A DNA stretch of 64,000 nt from Amphiscolops sp. MND2022 (taxonomy: Eukaryota), in NCBI GenBank assembly GCA_964187785.1, contig OZ076409.1, positions 20,834,001 to 20,898,000 on the forward strand, in the 5' to 3' direction. Positions within the stretch are counted from its first letter, which is position 1, and every line of letters starts with the position of its first letter. The notes under the pieces were generated by a model, which saw only the letters and a program-made list of their open reading frames with translations, was not told the origin of the DNA and made no database searches. This document shows positions 1-12,400 of this stretch, piece by piece. Made by a program: the position numbers and the translations under genes.

Positions 1-3000
1 GCGAAGAGAAAAAAGCAAGGCAAAGCAACAAAGAGGAATTATTAGATTATGTACTGGGATTGATTTCAACGTCCCCGGATCCCAAACAAATGATGGTGGC
101 TTTCACAGCCTTTTGTGGTTGAGGAAAATAGAGTGGATTTTGAGCAGTAAGAATAAAACTACAGGTCAACTTGAAGAACAAAAATTTTTATTCGAAAATG
201 AGGAGTGTGTGTCTGAGAATCTCACGTGCTTGAACGTAAACATTCGTTCTTTGAGTAAAAACTTCGATGAATTACAGGCGCTGCTAATAACCAAAACAAT
301 GAAACCTACTGTTATAGGGTTGACTGAAACATGGCTTGAAACGAACGACATGGCAAAGATGTTCAGGTTAAAGGGCTATCACAAATTAATTACTTGCAAT
401 AGGGATTGGGCTAAGCGAGGAGGAGTAGGTTTTTACATCGATGATAAACTCAAATTTCGAGTACTTCTGAAAGATACAACTAGAGAATGGTTGATGGTGG
501 AAATTCTTTCTCCATTCAAAGCAATTTTAGCTGTTACCTATAGATGTGAGAAGTGATATTCCAGAAATGAATATTGCGAGTGGCTTCCCGAGGAACTATC
601 CTCAACTAAGTCGAAAAATAAAGCATTGATAGTTAAGGGCGACTTCAGTATTGACCTTCTGATTGAAAACTCTCATTCAACCGAACTAATAGATGTAATG
701 AAAGAGTTCAATCTTGAACTGAGTAGTCCCTTGGAGGTTACGAGGGAGTTCAAAAATTCAAAATCCTGTCTGGATTACATATACTCGGATATCATTGTTT
801 TGCAGAAAGAAGTTATCAAGTGTACTATATCAGATGATTATTTTGTTTGAACTGAATTGAATAAGAACCTATCTTTTGCGAAAGAATCGAGAATCTATAG
901 GAGTTTTCATATTCTATCCAAAGATTCAATTCTATTACAATACAGGTTGAACCTAGAACATTCGTTAAGGTATGCTGATTGGGAAAATATCTCTCTGGAA
1001 GATGGCTTTCAAAAATTCATCAAAACGTTTCTTACCACCAGCAACCAATTTGCGCCAATGAGAGTTATTCGTGAACGCGATACCAACTGGACCAATAACA
1101 AAATTAAACGCCAACTCGATAGACGTGATCAGTTGTTTAAAAGTTGGTTGAAAAATCTATCTAATCGAGCCGAATCATTGAAGTATAAGACACAAAGGAA
1201 TAGGGTCAAAAATTTGATAAGGCAGAGGAAGAAAGAATATATACAAAGCTCCTTTGATAATTGTCGCGATTTGAAATCATTTCATTGCCAATTGAATTTG
1301 ATCACTGGGAAAAATACGGATGCTGTGTATCCAAGTTTCACGGAAACAACTAATATCGATAGGTTCAATGAATTTTACGTTAACGTTTGTCCCAATATGC
1401 ACGAAGTTATTCCGACAAAAACCCGATCAATTTGAAAAGAAGTGAAGTTCAATCAATGATTTTAGAGCCGTTTAATGAGGCCGAATTAGCAACAGTTATG
1501 AATAATTTGAAAAATAAAACATCCACAGGGCCCTATGGTATATCGAATAAATTAACGGCAATAGCAGCACCGGCAATAGTAGCGCCTCTCAATACTCTCA
1601 TTAATAGATGTTCCAGTGAATCCTATTTTCCAGACATTCTCAAGCTAGCTAAAGTGATTCCAGTAGACAAAAACAATGACCCCAATAACTTCTCAAATTA
1701 TAGACCGATCTCTCTGGTGTCCCCCATCGGAAAGTTAGTCGAGATTGTACTTTACAATAGAATGATCAACTACATCAACAAGTTTGATCTACTTCATCCG
1801 AACCAATTTGGATTCCGTAAAAAGCATAAAACAGTAGACGCACTTGCGTGTGTAATAAAACTAGTACGGCTGGCTATTGACGATAAAAAACGGGCTTGTT
1901 GTATTTTCCTTGATCTCTCTAAAGCATTCGATAGCATTCACCATGACATATTGCTGTCCATTTTGTTCAATTATGGTTTTCGAGGGCCAGTACATCACCT
2001 CCTAAAATCGTATCTGACCAACAGAAGTCAATTCGTTCAAATTGACTCCTGTAGATCGGAACTGAAACCAGTCATTGGCGGTGTGCCACAGGGGTCTGTT
2101 GTAGGTCCAATAATGTTCATTTTATATGCCAACGATTTACCTGATTTTTTTGTACAATCAAACATCACAATGTTTGCGGATGATACAAATCTTTATCAAG
2201 AATTTCCCTCCTTCGATCTGATGCATTTCAAAGAGACGATCTGCAAAATTGAACACTGGATGAATGGTAACAAACTCAAGTGCAACGTTGACAAATCTAA
2301 AGCATTAGTCTTTGCTAGTAAGGTACCAACCGATCTTAGTTTTGGAGAGCTGAACATAAAAATTTTAACAAGCCTGAATTATCTGGGATATCATATTGGA
2401 CAATCATCTCTCGTTCAGTGAACATGTGGCAAAAATCAAAAGTAAACTACTATATTTCAACTACGTTGTACGGAGGTCACGTGACTGTTTAACCAGACCG
2501 CAGATGATTTTATTTTTCAAGCTACATATCAAACCCTTGGTTCAATATGGAGTACTAATCAATGGATGCACGACTTATTCACAGCTCATTCACAGATCGT
2601 TCAATGACCGATGGGAGTGTTCGCCTCTAAGACAATTCAAAGTAAATTTTAATAATTCATAAACATGTAGCTCATAAACCGTGGGAAGTTCATTCCGTGG
2701 GAAGTTCAACGAGTCCTATTCTCAAAATACAGAAGCGAATTATAAGAACAATGTTCTTTTTGCCGAATTATGTCAGTGAAATTTTGCTTCGCAATGAACT
2801 TCCCACGGTTTATGAGCTACATGTTTATGAATTATTGAAATTTACTTTGAATTGTCTTAGAGGCGAACACTCCCATCGGTCATTGAATGATCTTTTGCGT
2901 CTTCAGAGTGCCAATTAGAATCTACGATCAGTAAAAAGACAGAGGCAATAGTTCCATTTGGAAATATGAAGAAGTTAGAACAGTCTTTGTCTAGGAAAAT

Positions 3001-3678
3001 TCCCTTTTTTTTATAGTAGACTCAATGCTGCTGCTGTCTTACCATCATTGGAGACAATCATGGATATGAGCGAAGTTCAGGTGAGTAATTTCAAACACAA
3101 ATTTTGTAGGACATTCATTTTGGGCAACAGCGACTTCGTTCACTCAGTATTTGGATTCTCAAAAGTTAAATAAATAGCTGAATGATATCATAATGTGCTT
3201 AATAACACTCAGAATCTCCCTATAGTAGTCACTACAGCGTAAGACGGGCCTAACCCACCCCGCACTGCTAGTCTCTGCTGGGATTACCTTAGTGTTCGCC
3301 TCTATGGAATTCAAAGCGGTCACCATCGTTCGCTTCAATGTGGGTCAGAGGTTGAACTAGGTAATTCTTGCAGACATAAAAACGATCTCCTTGTGCCTTA
3401 GGGTATGAGTGTCGGCTGTGTTCCGACGGATCGTCACTAAAACACCGCGACATTGCTTTCCGAACAGTAAATTAACTAAAATTTCACGGTTTTGAATGAT
3501 ATTTTATCAGCAACACTCCTCATTGTTAATCCTAATTTGTTCAAGGCTTTCGTTAAACGGGCATTGCGCCTTTTAAAGTTTTTTCTGGTAGTGTCATGCC
3601 TATTGCTTGTTTTGAACAAGCTGTTTTATTTAAATAGATACCAGATGAATTAAATTATTACATTTTTATTATTATTAT
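1..3678 (+). mobile_element. Degenerate CR1/L2-type LINE (non-LTR retrotransposon); 5' part lies outside the window
   Basis: Successive broken ORFs give the APE endonuclease (NVNIRSL, GLTETWL, GGVGFYI, GDF, SCLDYIY, TISDDY; 113-850), linker (857-1435), RT (NYRPISL, QFGFR, FLDLSKAFD, GVPQGSV, MFADDT; 1387-2421) and C-terminal region (2396-2918). A 3' UTR ends in an (ATT)n tail at about 3654-3678. Confidence 0.92.
113..3170 (+). pseudogene. LINE ORF2 (APE endonuclease + reverse transcriptase), disrupted by frameshifts and stops
   Basis: Canonical motifs are spread over ORFs 113-556, 626-850, 857-1435, 1387-2421, 2396-2662 and 2697-2918. The 3' end is approximate. Confidence 0.88.
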
Positions 3679-3802
3679 AGAACTATTTTGGCCAGTTCGT
3701 GGATTGATAAAAAGTCAGTATCGTAATCGCTTTTCAACTCATGAAGCACCGACTGAAAAGACTTTTTCTTAGCTCTTGGGTAACCTAACACTCTACGTTC
3801 AC

Positions 3803-4230
3803 TTTTAGTCGGCCCTTTTCTTGAGAACAAAGTCGACTATAGTCATGGCTTTTCGTCAGAGTTTTTTTCGATACACCTGAAGTGACCAAAATAGTCCTAC
3901 CAAAAGTTCTACAATATTTTAAGGCACAAAATTGTACCCGTTGGTCCAGGGAACTGAATCAAAAGGGTTCTTTTTTCCGCAAAACATACAATGCCGGGCG
4001 AGACTAAAGGGTTCCCTTTTCAGTTTTTCGGCATCGCGAGACTTTATTTTCAGAAAGAAAGGTCCCCCATCAATTGTTTGATGATTTGCGACAGAATGGA
4101 TGAAAAATCTTAGAGTTCCGCCTGGCGCGTCAATTCGGTTACTGTAGAAGGGAAAATACTTCGAGACTTTGAAGTCCTGCTATTTTTGAGGCTCAGATAT
4201 GGCGCCGACTTGAGCCGTTCCCGAATTGTT
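3803..4230 (+). mobile_element. Copy of the Helentron/HINE-like interspersed repeat
   Basis: Starts TTTTAGTCGGC and ends GGCGCCGACTTGAGCCGTTCCCGAATTGTT, the same termini as the other copies in the window. Confidence 0.65.
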
Positions 4231-5195
4231 ATAGTTGAGCATATCAAATCTATAACTGGATGCCAGATTTAGCCCTAATCTGCTTGGGAAGTGTCTTGGT
4301 TTTACCAAGCCAACAAAACCAATTCTCAAATCGACATCAAAAGGATGTCACCTCTTGAAGGAGAGGTTACACTTTGACTTCGGCGGGATTCGCTACAAAC
4401 TAAACTGTTACTGTCACTAGTTCAGATTCTTCTGCTGAAATTGTACGAAAAAAAAATACCGCTGAAATTGTTTTTCTTTTTCTTTTCTGACCAAAAATAA
4501 CATTGATCCAGATTCTTGAAAAAAACTCATTCTCTTGATGATGTCAAAACATTCAATCATGCTCAAAGTTTGTAGCTCTGTTGAAAGTTTTCATCGGAAT
4601 TTTGGAACTTAGTATGCCAAGTTTCTGTTGAATTCTTTTTTATTCAAGTTTGAATTTTTTCTAAGGTTTTCCAAAAACATCACATCTGCTGCAGCTTTAT
4701 TTGGTATATCTTTTGGTGGTTTAGATATGTAGTTCCTAAAGCGATATGAAAGCCAAGCTTTGTTTGTAACTTCTCCATTCTTTGTTCCAAAGGAGTTGAA
4801 CAATTCCACATTCCATGTGGACAGTTTTTAAATACTTTTGGGAAATGAACCTTCATTATGTGAGCTTATAAGGAGTTTGCTAATACAATTACTATAGTTT
4901 GTAGTTAACAGCGATGCCTGTTTGTCTTTCGGATGCAGAGACTTTAAAAATGAACTTTTTTGCAATATTAGATGCATTGATTTCTTGGTTTCATAAGTGA
5001 AATTGTTGAGTGAAAACACGAAATTTACTCGTAAACTATATCATTAATTCGAACATGAATATGAAAATCTGAACACTTGTTTTTCTGCGATGTGTTTGTT
5101 GGCTTAGTGTTCAAATACAGTTCTCATAACCTACCCGTTTTTCGTTTATTTGTACTATCTTCAGGAGCTTCCTGATGATCACTTTCCACCTTCAT

Positions 5196-5640
5196 CAGCT
5201 GGAAAAAAACGCTTTTTTTCAAAATAAAAACGTTTTAAACGTTTTTAGATTAAAAATACACTTGTTTTAAATACAAAAATGTATTTTTTCATAAACAAAC
5301 TTATGTAACGAAAACGTATTTTTTTCAGAAACAAACCTATGCAACAAAAAATATTTTCTCGAAATTTTTGCGCAAAATGTAAGTCTTTCCACAGTTTCAA
5401 TTCCTCAAGTCATCTTTGGATCCACCCCATGGTACTGAAAATTCTTTCTGATCCCGCACTTGACGGACAGAGAGTAAGTAGGTCTTCGGTACAGGGGACA
5501 AGTGCTTAATCAAACTTTCCGCAAAATGACTGGGCTCCCAAGAAATATACAAATGAGTATTTTTATCAAAAAAACAACTGCTTAAAACAGTGTTTTAAAC
5601 AGTGTTTTAAACACCTCATGTTTTTTTTCAAACAGCCCTG
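5196..5640. mobile_element. hAT-type MITE (445 bp)
   Basis: Exact 8-bp direct repeat ACCTTCAT at 5188-5195 and 5641-5648; CAG...CTG termini with imperfect TIRs; no coding capacity. Confidence 0.7.
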
Positions 5641-6266
5641 ACCTTCATACACTGTAAAATAGTACGAATTTCATTTTTTTCTGGCTCTTTTGTTTTGTAG
5701 ATTTGCTTAACAACATATTGAATGAGTTTCAAAGACTTTTAGAGGTTCGATATGCTATGTGGTCAATTGAAAAATGGTTTTGCAATACCGCTTTTTGCTG
5801 TGGAAAAGCAACAAACAAAATGAGCTAAAATGTCGAATACAAAACGCACTATTCGAATCATTGACAAGTATCATTTGATGCTTTCGAAATCAAAAACGTG
5901 AAAGTTTTTTTCAGGTCGCGATAAGCGCTCAAACTTTACAAAAAACTTTTCTCCCGTGAGATTTGGTCTGAATAGCTGTTGCTACGCACAAGCTTGCTAC
6001 GAACCAATGGCACATGTGACAAAAGCGGTGTGTGCAAACAAGTTGAATGAAAAGCTGGCTCACAAAAATCGAAGCAACTTTTTTCCCCGCTGCAACATGC
6101 TCCAATAAGTAGATAATCAAATATGTTGCTTTACTCTCCAATTTTTGCTGGAGACAAATTCGATGAAAACAAATGCGGTGTCCCTTACTATTCAGCACTT
6201 CTTGGTGCTTTGTTTTGAAGCTTCACTATTGAGCATATGATATTAATATCTGAAGTTGCGTAAGTA

Positions 6267-6473
6267 ATGGCCGCCTTACGAGTGTTGTTCCATTGCTGTT
6301 TAGTTTTATATTCCTTTAACTTCATAATATTCCAAGTATGTTCGTCCAATGTAGATGTTACAATCAGCATTCTAAATGAATTTGCCTTTAATGCTTTTAT
6401 GGGATACGACATGTCGATATTCGATGATTTACCATCAAAGTATACTGAATACCTGATTGATTCAGGTCTGAAA
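6267..6473 (+). CDS. cacna2d: alpha2delta-like exon 1 (signal peptide)
   Basis: ATG start, hydrophobic MAALRVLFHCCLVLYSFNFIIFQVCSS, and a phase-0 donor AAA|GTAGGT compatible with exon 2. Confidence 0.65.
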
Positions 6474-9400
6474 GTAGGTCAATTTTTGATATTAAGTTTT
6501 TAGATCCTGAGACTGAACCTTTCATTTTTTTAGCTATACTATACGTCTTATATAAGCAGAACATTACGAAACTTTGATTCAGTGAATCTGAAACAGAATT
6601 CTAGAAGGTTTTTCAGATGATCATTTTGAGCATTCGATTATAATATACTCTTTAATTTACTCTAATAGTATACTCTTTAATTTTAACAAAGTGATTGAAA
6701 CCCTAGAACTGTAAGCAGCTGTTGTTCGGAAAAACTTATGCCCGAATAGAATCGAAATTTAGATAAAATGCGAATTATTGAATCAATTCTTTACTATTAT
6801 TCTTCTTCAACAAAACCAATACATAAAATTTAAATATAGAGCTATATCATTCCCATTATGCCCGCGTAGTTACAAATTTTGATAAGGAATGGAAAACCTG
6901 TGTGACCCAGTCTAAGAACAGAGCAACAATAGTCATGACTTTTCGTCAGTTTTTTTTCGATACACCTGAACAAGTCAAAAAAGTTCTACAAAAGTTCTTA
7001 AATTTTGGCAAAGTCTCTGTCGACCATCTACATACCATATTTGAACGGTAAAAAGTGCTGAGGAGTCGCCTTCGACAATAACGCAACCCATACCGGACTC
7101 AATGCATTCACAGGATATAACGTACAGCGGATATGACGTTTCTTGGAGAATTTTTCAATGGTATTAACGTTAAATTCGAAGTAAGTTGCGTTTCACTACA
7201 GAGGAGGCGGGGTTCAAAATTATTCGGCTATATCCGAACTTTGACGTTATATCCGAAGTAAATTGCGTTTTACTTAGCGGAGGCGAAGGATTCAATCAAA
7301 GTTATTAGATTTTTAGCCCCCTTTAGATTTTTACGGGAACAAAGCGTTTCGAGAGCATAGAGGCTCACATCAGGTGTTTTCAGCACAATGCGACTTACCG
7401 AAGAAGTTTAAAAAATTGTATAGAAATTTCGAAAAATTCAACGTTTTCTACACTATTTTTCGGTTTTTTGATGTTTTCTGCAATGAAAACCTTTTTGCAA
7501 GATTTAAGTGTGACCTCATTGATTATTGTTTTGGTTCTGTGGAACTGATGAGATTTTTCTCAATAATTGTGGACTAGAAGTACGGGTTTTTTGAGCACTG
7601 TGCGACATTTCTTTGTAAAAAAACTTCATCGGTGAAAGTGTGCCTTCTTCACTTCCATGAATGTCGTCGAGTTGTCGAAAATGCTTGACAAGAGTTTTGC
7701 GAACCTGAGGGGTCTCCTTTGGGGTTTTCCGGCCATGAGACGAAGTTTGTAAAATTATAACAATAGTGTCGTTTGCATATTTCCCAAAAGCAGAAAGTTG
7801 AGCATTCTCTGGCTTTTCTTGTTTCTCTTTTTCCGCTCTTTTTCAACCTCCGATCTTAGCTTTCGTTGATTCGTTTGGCTTTTCATAGAAAATGATCAAT
7901 TTCCAAGAGTACAAGTAGGTACTAACTACGGATATGGTTATCAACGTTGATATCTTGGAACCGTTTCCGAAATTCAATAATCCTTAAATCTGATCTCGAA
8001 CTTTTCTTGATTCTCTTGGAATTGTTGTGGGACTTCCAGTGTTCAAATGCTCTTTGGACTTCACCAATGTAGAGATGGAAGGCTTCCACGTCAATTGATT
8101 CCTTATGGAAGTACCCGAAATACACAATGAACGTAAGTTCGCTGAACAGGCTCTGGATACCCTGCTAATTGATATGTTTTCGTCCCTGTCACCACCGTCA
8201 CCTTCTTTCAATCTAAAGCGCCGCACTCGTGCTCTGCCTCTAGCCGCGGTTGCTATTGGAGCAATCTGACTTTTTGGGACTGGTCTTGTCGACTGTGGAT
8301 TACAAAACGTTGCACTTGTTGATCACAAAAATATAAAGAACTCTAGTTGGCGCACGACCTCCCAACAACGTGATAGATTTCGCCTAAATGTCCGTGAGAT
8401 GCAAAATCGTGACTAGCTACTCTTCATCGAAAAAAATTTAGTTCCAATGCTGTTTTATCGTTGCTTTCTTTCTCCTATTCTAAGGTCAAGTTATATTGTT
8501 CGGCTCTTTTTGCTCATCAATGAATTAACTCAATAGTATTTCAGCTTTACTCAACAACTACGTTCCAAGTCTTCGCTGAATATTTTCTCCTGGAGCAAGT
8601 GCTCAACGTAGTTCAGTGCATACAGAGTAAGGCAACAGACAGATTGAACCTTGCCGTACCGTTTCAGAAGATATCTCGAGAACATTGTGGGACCTTTTCA
8701 TAGGCTCTTGATCATGGCGTGAATTCCACTTGCCTCGAATCTTTACCATATACGACGTTATTCGGATTCCCAAATCTCAACTAGATGATTCTCATGCAAT
8801 GATTTGATCTCTAGAAACAGACTTCCTCACAGTTTCCTTGAATGAATAAAGAACTCTCAGCGGTTCCTCTCATGATCTCGACTCTTTCATTGGCACTTCT
8901 ACAAACAATATCTGTCAACAGGGTTAGGCAAAAAAGGACTTGGTTCCTCGTGTCCTCTGTTGCTCTTCTCTTCTCCGCGAATCTGGTCCATGTCACGAAA
9001 GTTTGCGTTTTTGTTAGGTACAAGCTTCCATTCGTATTACGCGCTGTCAATTTGCGCACCGGGATCTGGTTTGTTCTCTCACCAACCGCCAATTTCGGGC
9101 TGCTAGATTCGGTTGCCAAATACACACCACATTTGTTCACCGAAGGTTACCCTGGCTGCAGAATTTCTATCCGCACACTTCTATATGGATACCAACTACT
9201 TGGAACAAATATCTTTATACGTTCTGACCTTGAATTATGTTCGAAGGTCCCTTCAATTAAGATCCATGTTGATCGTCCTGTTTAAGTATCGGACGCGTTG
9301 AGCGTCTCTATCTTATAATACGAAAGCTCTAGCAAATCGGGACTTTCTTAGTTCGCTGAATCCTTATTTGAAAAACATTTGTCAAACGAATTGCAGACAA

Positions 9401-12400
9401 CAGACGCTTTGTATAATGGCTCAGTTCTGAAAATTCCATTCAAATGATCATTCAATCATGTCCCTACAATCAAGACAATATTGATAATGGGACTCACAAG
9501 TTCTTTACTTTCGATGCTACTACATTTACTTTTTATGTACATGATTATTGGTTATTACAATTTGAAGTATTCTTCCGTTTAGTCATACTCTGAACTTCAA
9601 AGACTAAAAAGAATAAGTTTCTCTTCATTCCGTCCTTTCGGTTCCTCCGAACATCGAGTTGCTAAGAATGAGTACCCTACTTTCCTCTCGTGCGATAAAT
9701 GTAGATTAGTTAAATATACAGCAACCAAAGTACCCTACTATCATTTGGAAATTTATATCGTTTGAACTTCAGTACTTCCTCTAATCAAGTCAATTTCACC
9801 TCCATTAACTTTTAGATCTCCAAGAAAAGAAGAACATCTATCCGGCCTTTTATATGTTGATCACAGATAAACTTAGGCCTCCGTATTTGTTTGTCCACAT
9901 TGGGTACTTGCATGTAGACTCTTTTGTTGACATAAACCACACATATTGATTACAAACACCCTGAAATTTTCTAAACAATCTTCTCATCCCAAAATATCTT
10001 TTTCACTGTCAATCGTGATTCACTCTTGGCCCACTACGATGACACGAAGGTCAACCTTTCTTTTCTTCAGTAACTATTCAGTTTCAAAAGCTCTTTTGCG
10101 CACTTTCACAAGTCTTTAACTCTGTCTTCAGAGGTTTCCTGAAGAATCATTTGTGTAGGCTTCACTTGAATTCAGTAAGAATCATACATAGATTTTCATG
10201 TCGCTGTGTCATCACCCTTGCGACGAAATACTTTTTTGACTCTCCCTTTCTTCGAAAAAAGGTGTGTCAAAACTTCATCATGAAAGACTTGTCTAATAAT
10301 ACGAAATTCCATTAAAAATAGGGTCCAGCCAATCCAATCATAAGTTTGAACCAATAACAGAGGAACAAACATAGGACTACAGATGATGATACTCCGAAGA
10401 CTAGATAAACGGTCACATCTTGATTTATTTTAATACAGAAAACTTTAATAACTATACTGTAAATGTTCCTTCACTTTCTTTTACTTTAACGAAATTCGTT
10501 TTTCAAGCCAACGTTTTTTTCTGAGTTAAGGAAGGACAACCCAGCCTGAAATCAAAAGATAATAACAAACCTAGAGGTTTTCAGAAAACAGTTTGAAAAC
10601 AATTTGAATAAATTTGAATTTGCTTTTCTGCAGGCTAAAATACTGATTTGAAGTTTGTAAAATCTCACATTTGCAAAACCGTCTTTGGGCTCAAAAGAAA
10701 TTCTTTTCTCACCTAATTCTTACCAAAAGGGGCTCACAATTATTTTCAATAAATGTCGCACATTCCAGAAAGAAAACACCAACGGGGGACCCTTTGCACG
10801 TTTTCGTTTTGTGGGTGATGTAAAAGTGAGGGAAAATTAAGGGAAGCTCCCTTATCTTCTATTAGTAAACTTAAGTTCGCAAGTTCGCTCCGTTTTGACA
10901 TTCCGTCTCAAGCTCAAAAAGCGTAATGCCGGAGCAATGCCACATGACCGTATCAAAATTTTTTGATTGGCTAAATCTCATATATTGCAAGAATAACTGA
11001 CACTCGCTCTCATCGTATACATTTTATAGCTGAATATACGGTGCTTTTTGGAAATTTTAAACGTTTTCGTTAACATAGATTCCCTAACTACCCCCTTTGA
11101 ATTCAACTTGGTTCAAATCCTATTCGGTCAAAAATACGTTCAACTTGCTTTTTGTTAAATGTCTTTATTTTTTCCGTCTTAGTTTCCGAAGAAAAACTAA
11201 AAGTCTTAGTTTCCGAAGAAAAAAGGAAATATAAATTTTATCATCAGCTTTAGTGGCTCCGTGCAACTATAACGAAAATATACTCCTTGCATCCAAACAA
11301 TTACCGGAGCTTATCAAGACGTCCTAAGTTAGAAAAGTCCGTTGGTTGAAATGCCTAAGAAAACAAAGCGTTTGAAGGCATTTGTATTCTGGCTTTAAAC
11401 ATGAACAAGACGAGAACAAGTCGCCGCTTTATCTAAGGCTCAAAAAGCGCAAAGTTTTTAAAATATGCCCAGGGCGTATTTTTGAAAAGCTCAGAAACAA
11501 TTTCGAGACACCCAAAGGGTGCCTTTCGTGCTCGATAAGAATCGGAAACCACTTTTTCCCCCAAGTGTGATTTAAAAAACGTTTAAAAAAACTTCATTAT
11601 TTTTTCTATCGGAAAAAGTCGCATAATGTCGAAAAACGTAAAGGTTGGACACTTTGGGATTTAGTAAGAAACAATCTGTTGCAAAATATCAAAAATCTCG
11701 AAGTAGGACCCTACTGTGCAACTCGAAAAATAATCGCACAGTACCGAAAAGAAATCGAAAGGAGGGCCCTTTGGTCTCTTTCGGTTTTGTATGTTACGTT
11801 AAAAAAGGGATATGAAAGGGGGGATCTTTTGCACTGCTTCAGCTGGCCGGAATTGGCTGATCTAGTAGTTTAGTGGTTTCTTTCAAAAAAGTGGACCTTT
11901 CAGTGTGAGGTCTGTGGTCTGGAGGAAACAAGGGTCACCTAAGAGTCGCCTAACTAAGAGCGCTGACAAAAAAAGACTGCGAATCGTTGAAAGATTTTTT
12001 GAATGTTGGCAAGTCATCTACTGGACTCTTCGGTTACCTTGATTTTTGAGTCTACTGGCAAAAAGGGAGAAAGTACAAAAGTTCATATTCGCAACTTTGT
12101 CGACGTGACAAGAATTTCTCCTGATGAATTTATTGCTCCTGAAATATTCCTTTTAGAAACCTTGACAATTATATGGAAGAGAAAGGAATACGGCGGGATT
12201 TTAATGAAACTTTCACTTGTTTTCAATCTCTGTGCTTTTTCCATCTGCAATGACTTCAAAATTTGAAAAACAAGATGAGAACGTCTAAATTCGGCGCCAT
12301 ATCTAAGGCTCAAAAAGCGTAAAACACTTTTTTTGGAAAAAAATTGAAATTTTTGAAAAAAATTGAAATTTTTGAAAAAAATTTTTCTTTCAAAAGAAGT

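Noticed and set aside
12203..12266. MKLSLVFNLCAFSIC as the host gene's signal-peptide exon
   Set aside because: It runs into a stop with no usable donor; 6267-6473 fits phase and length better.
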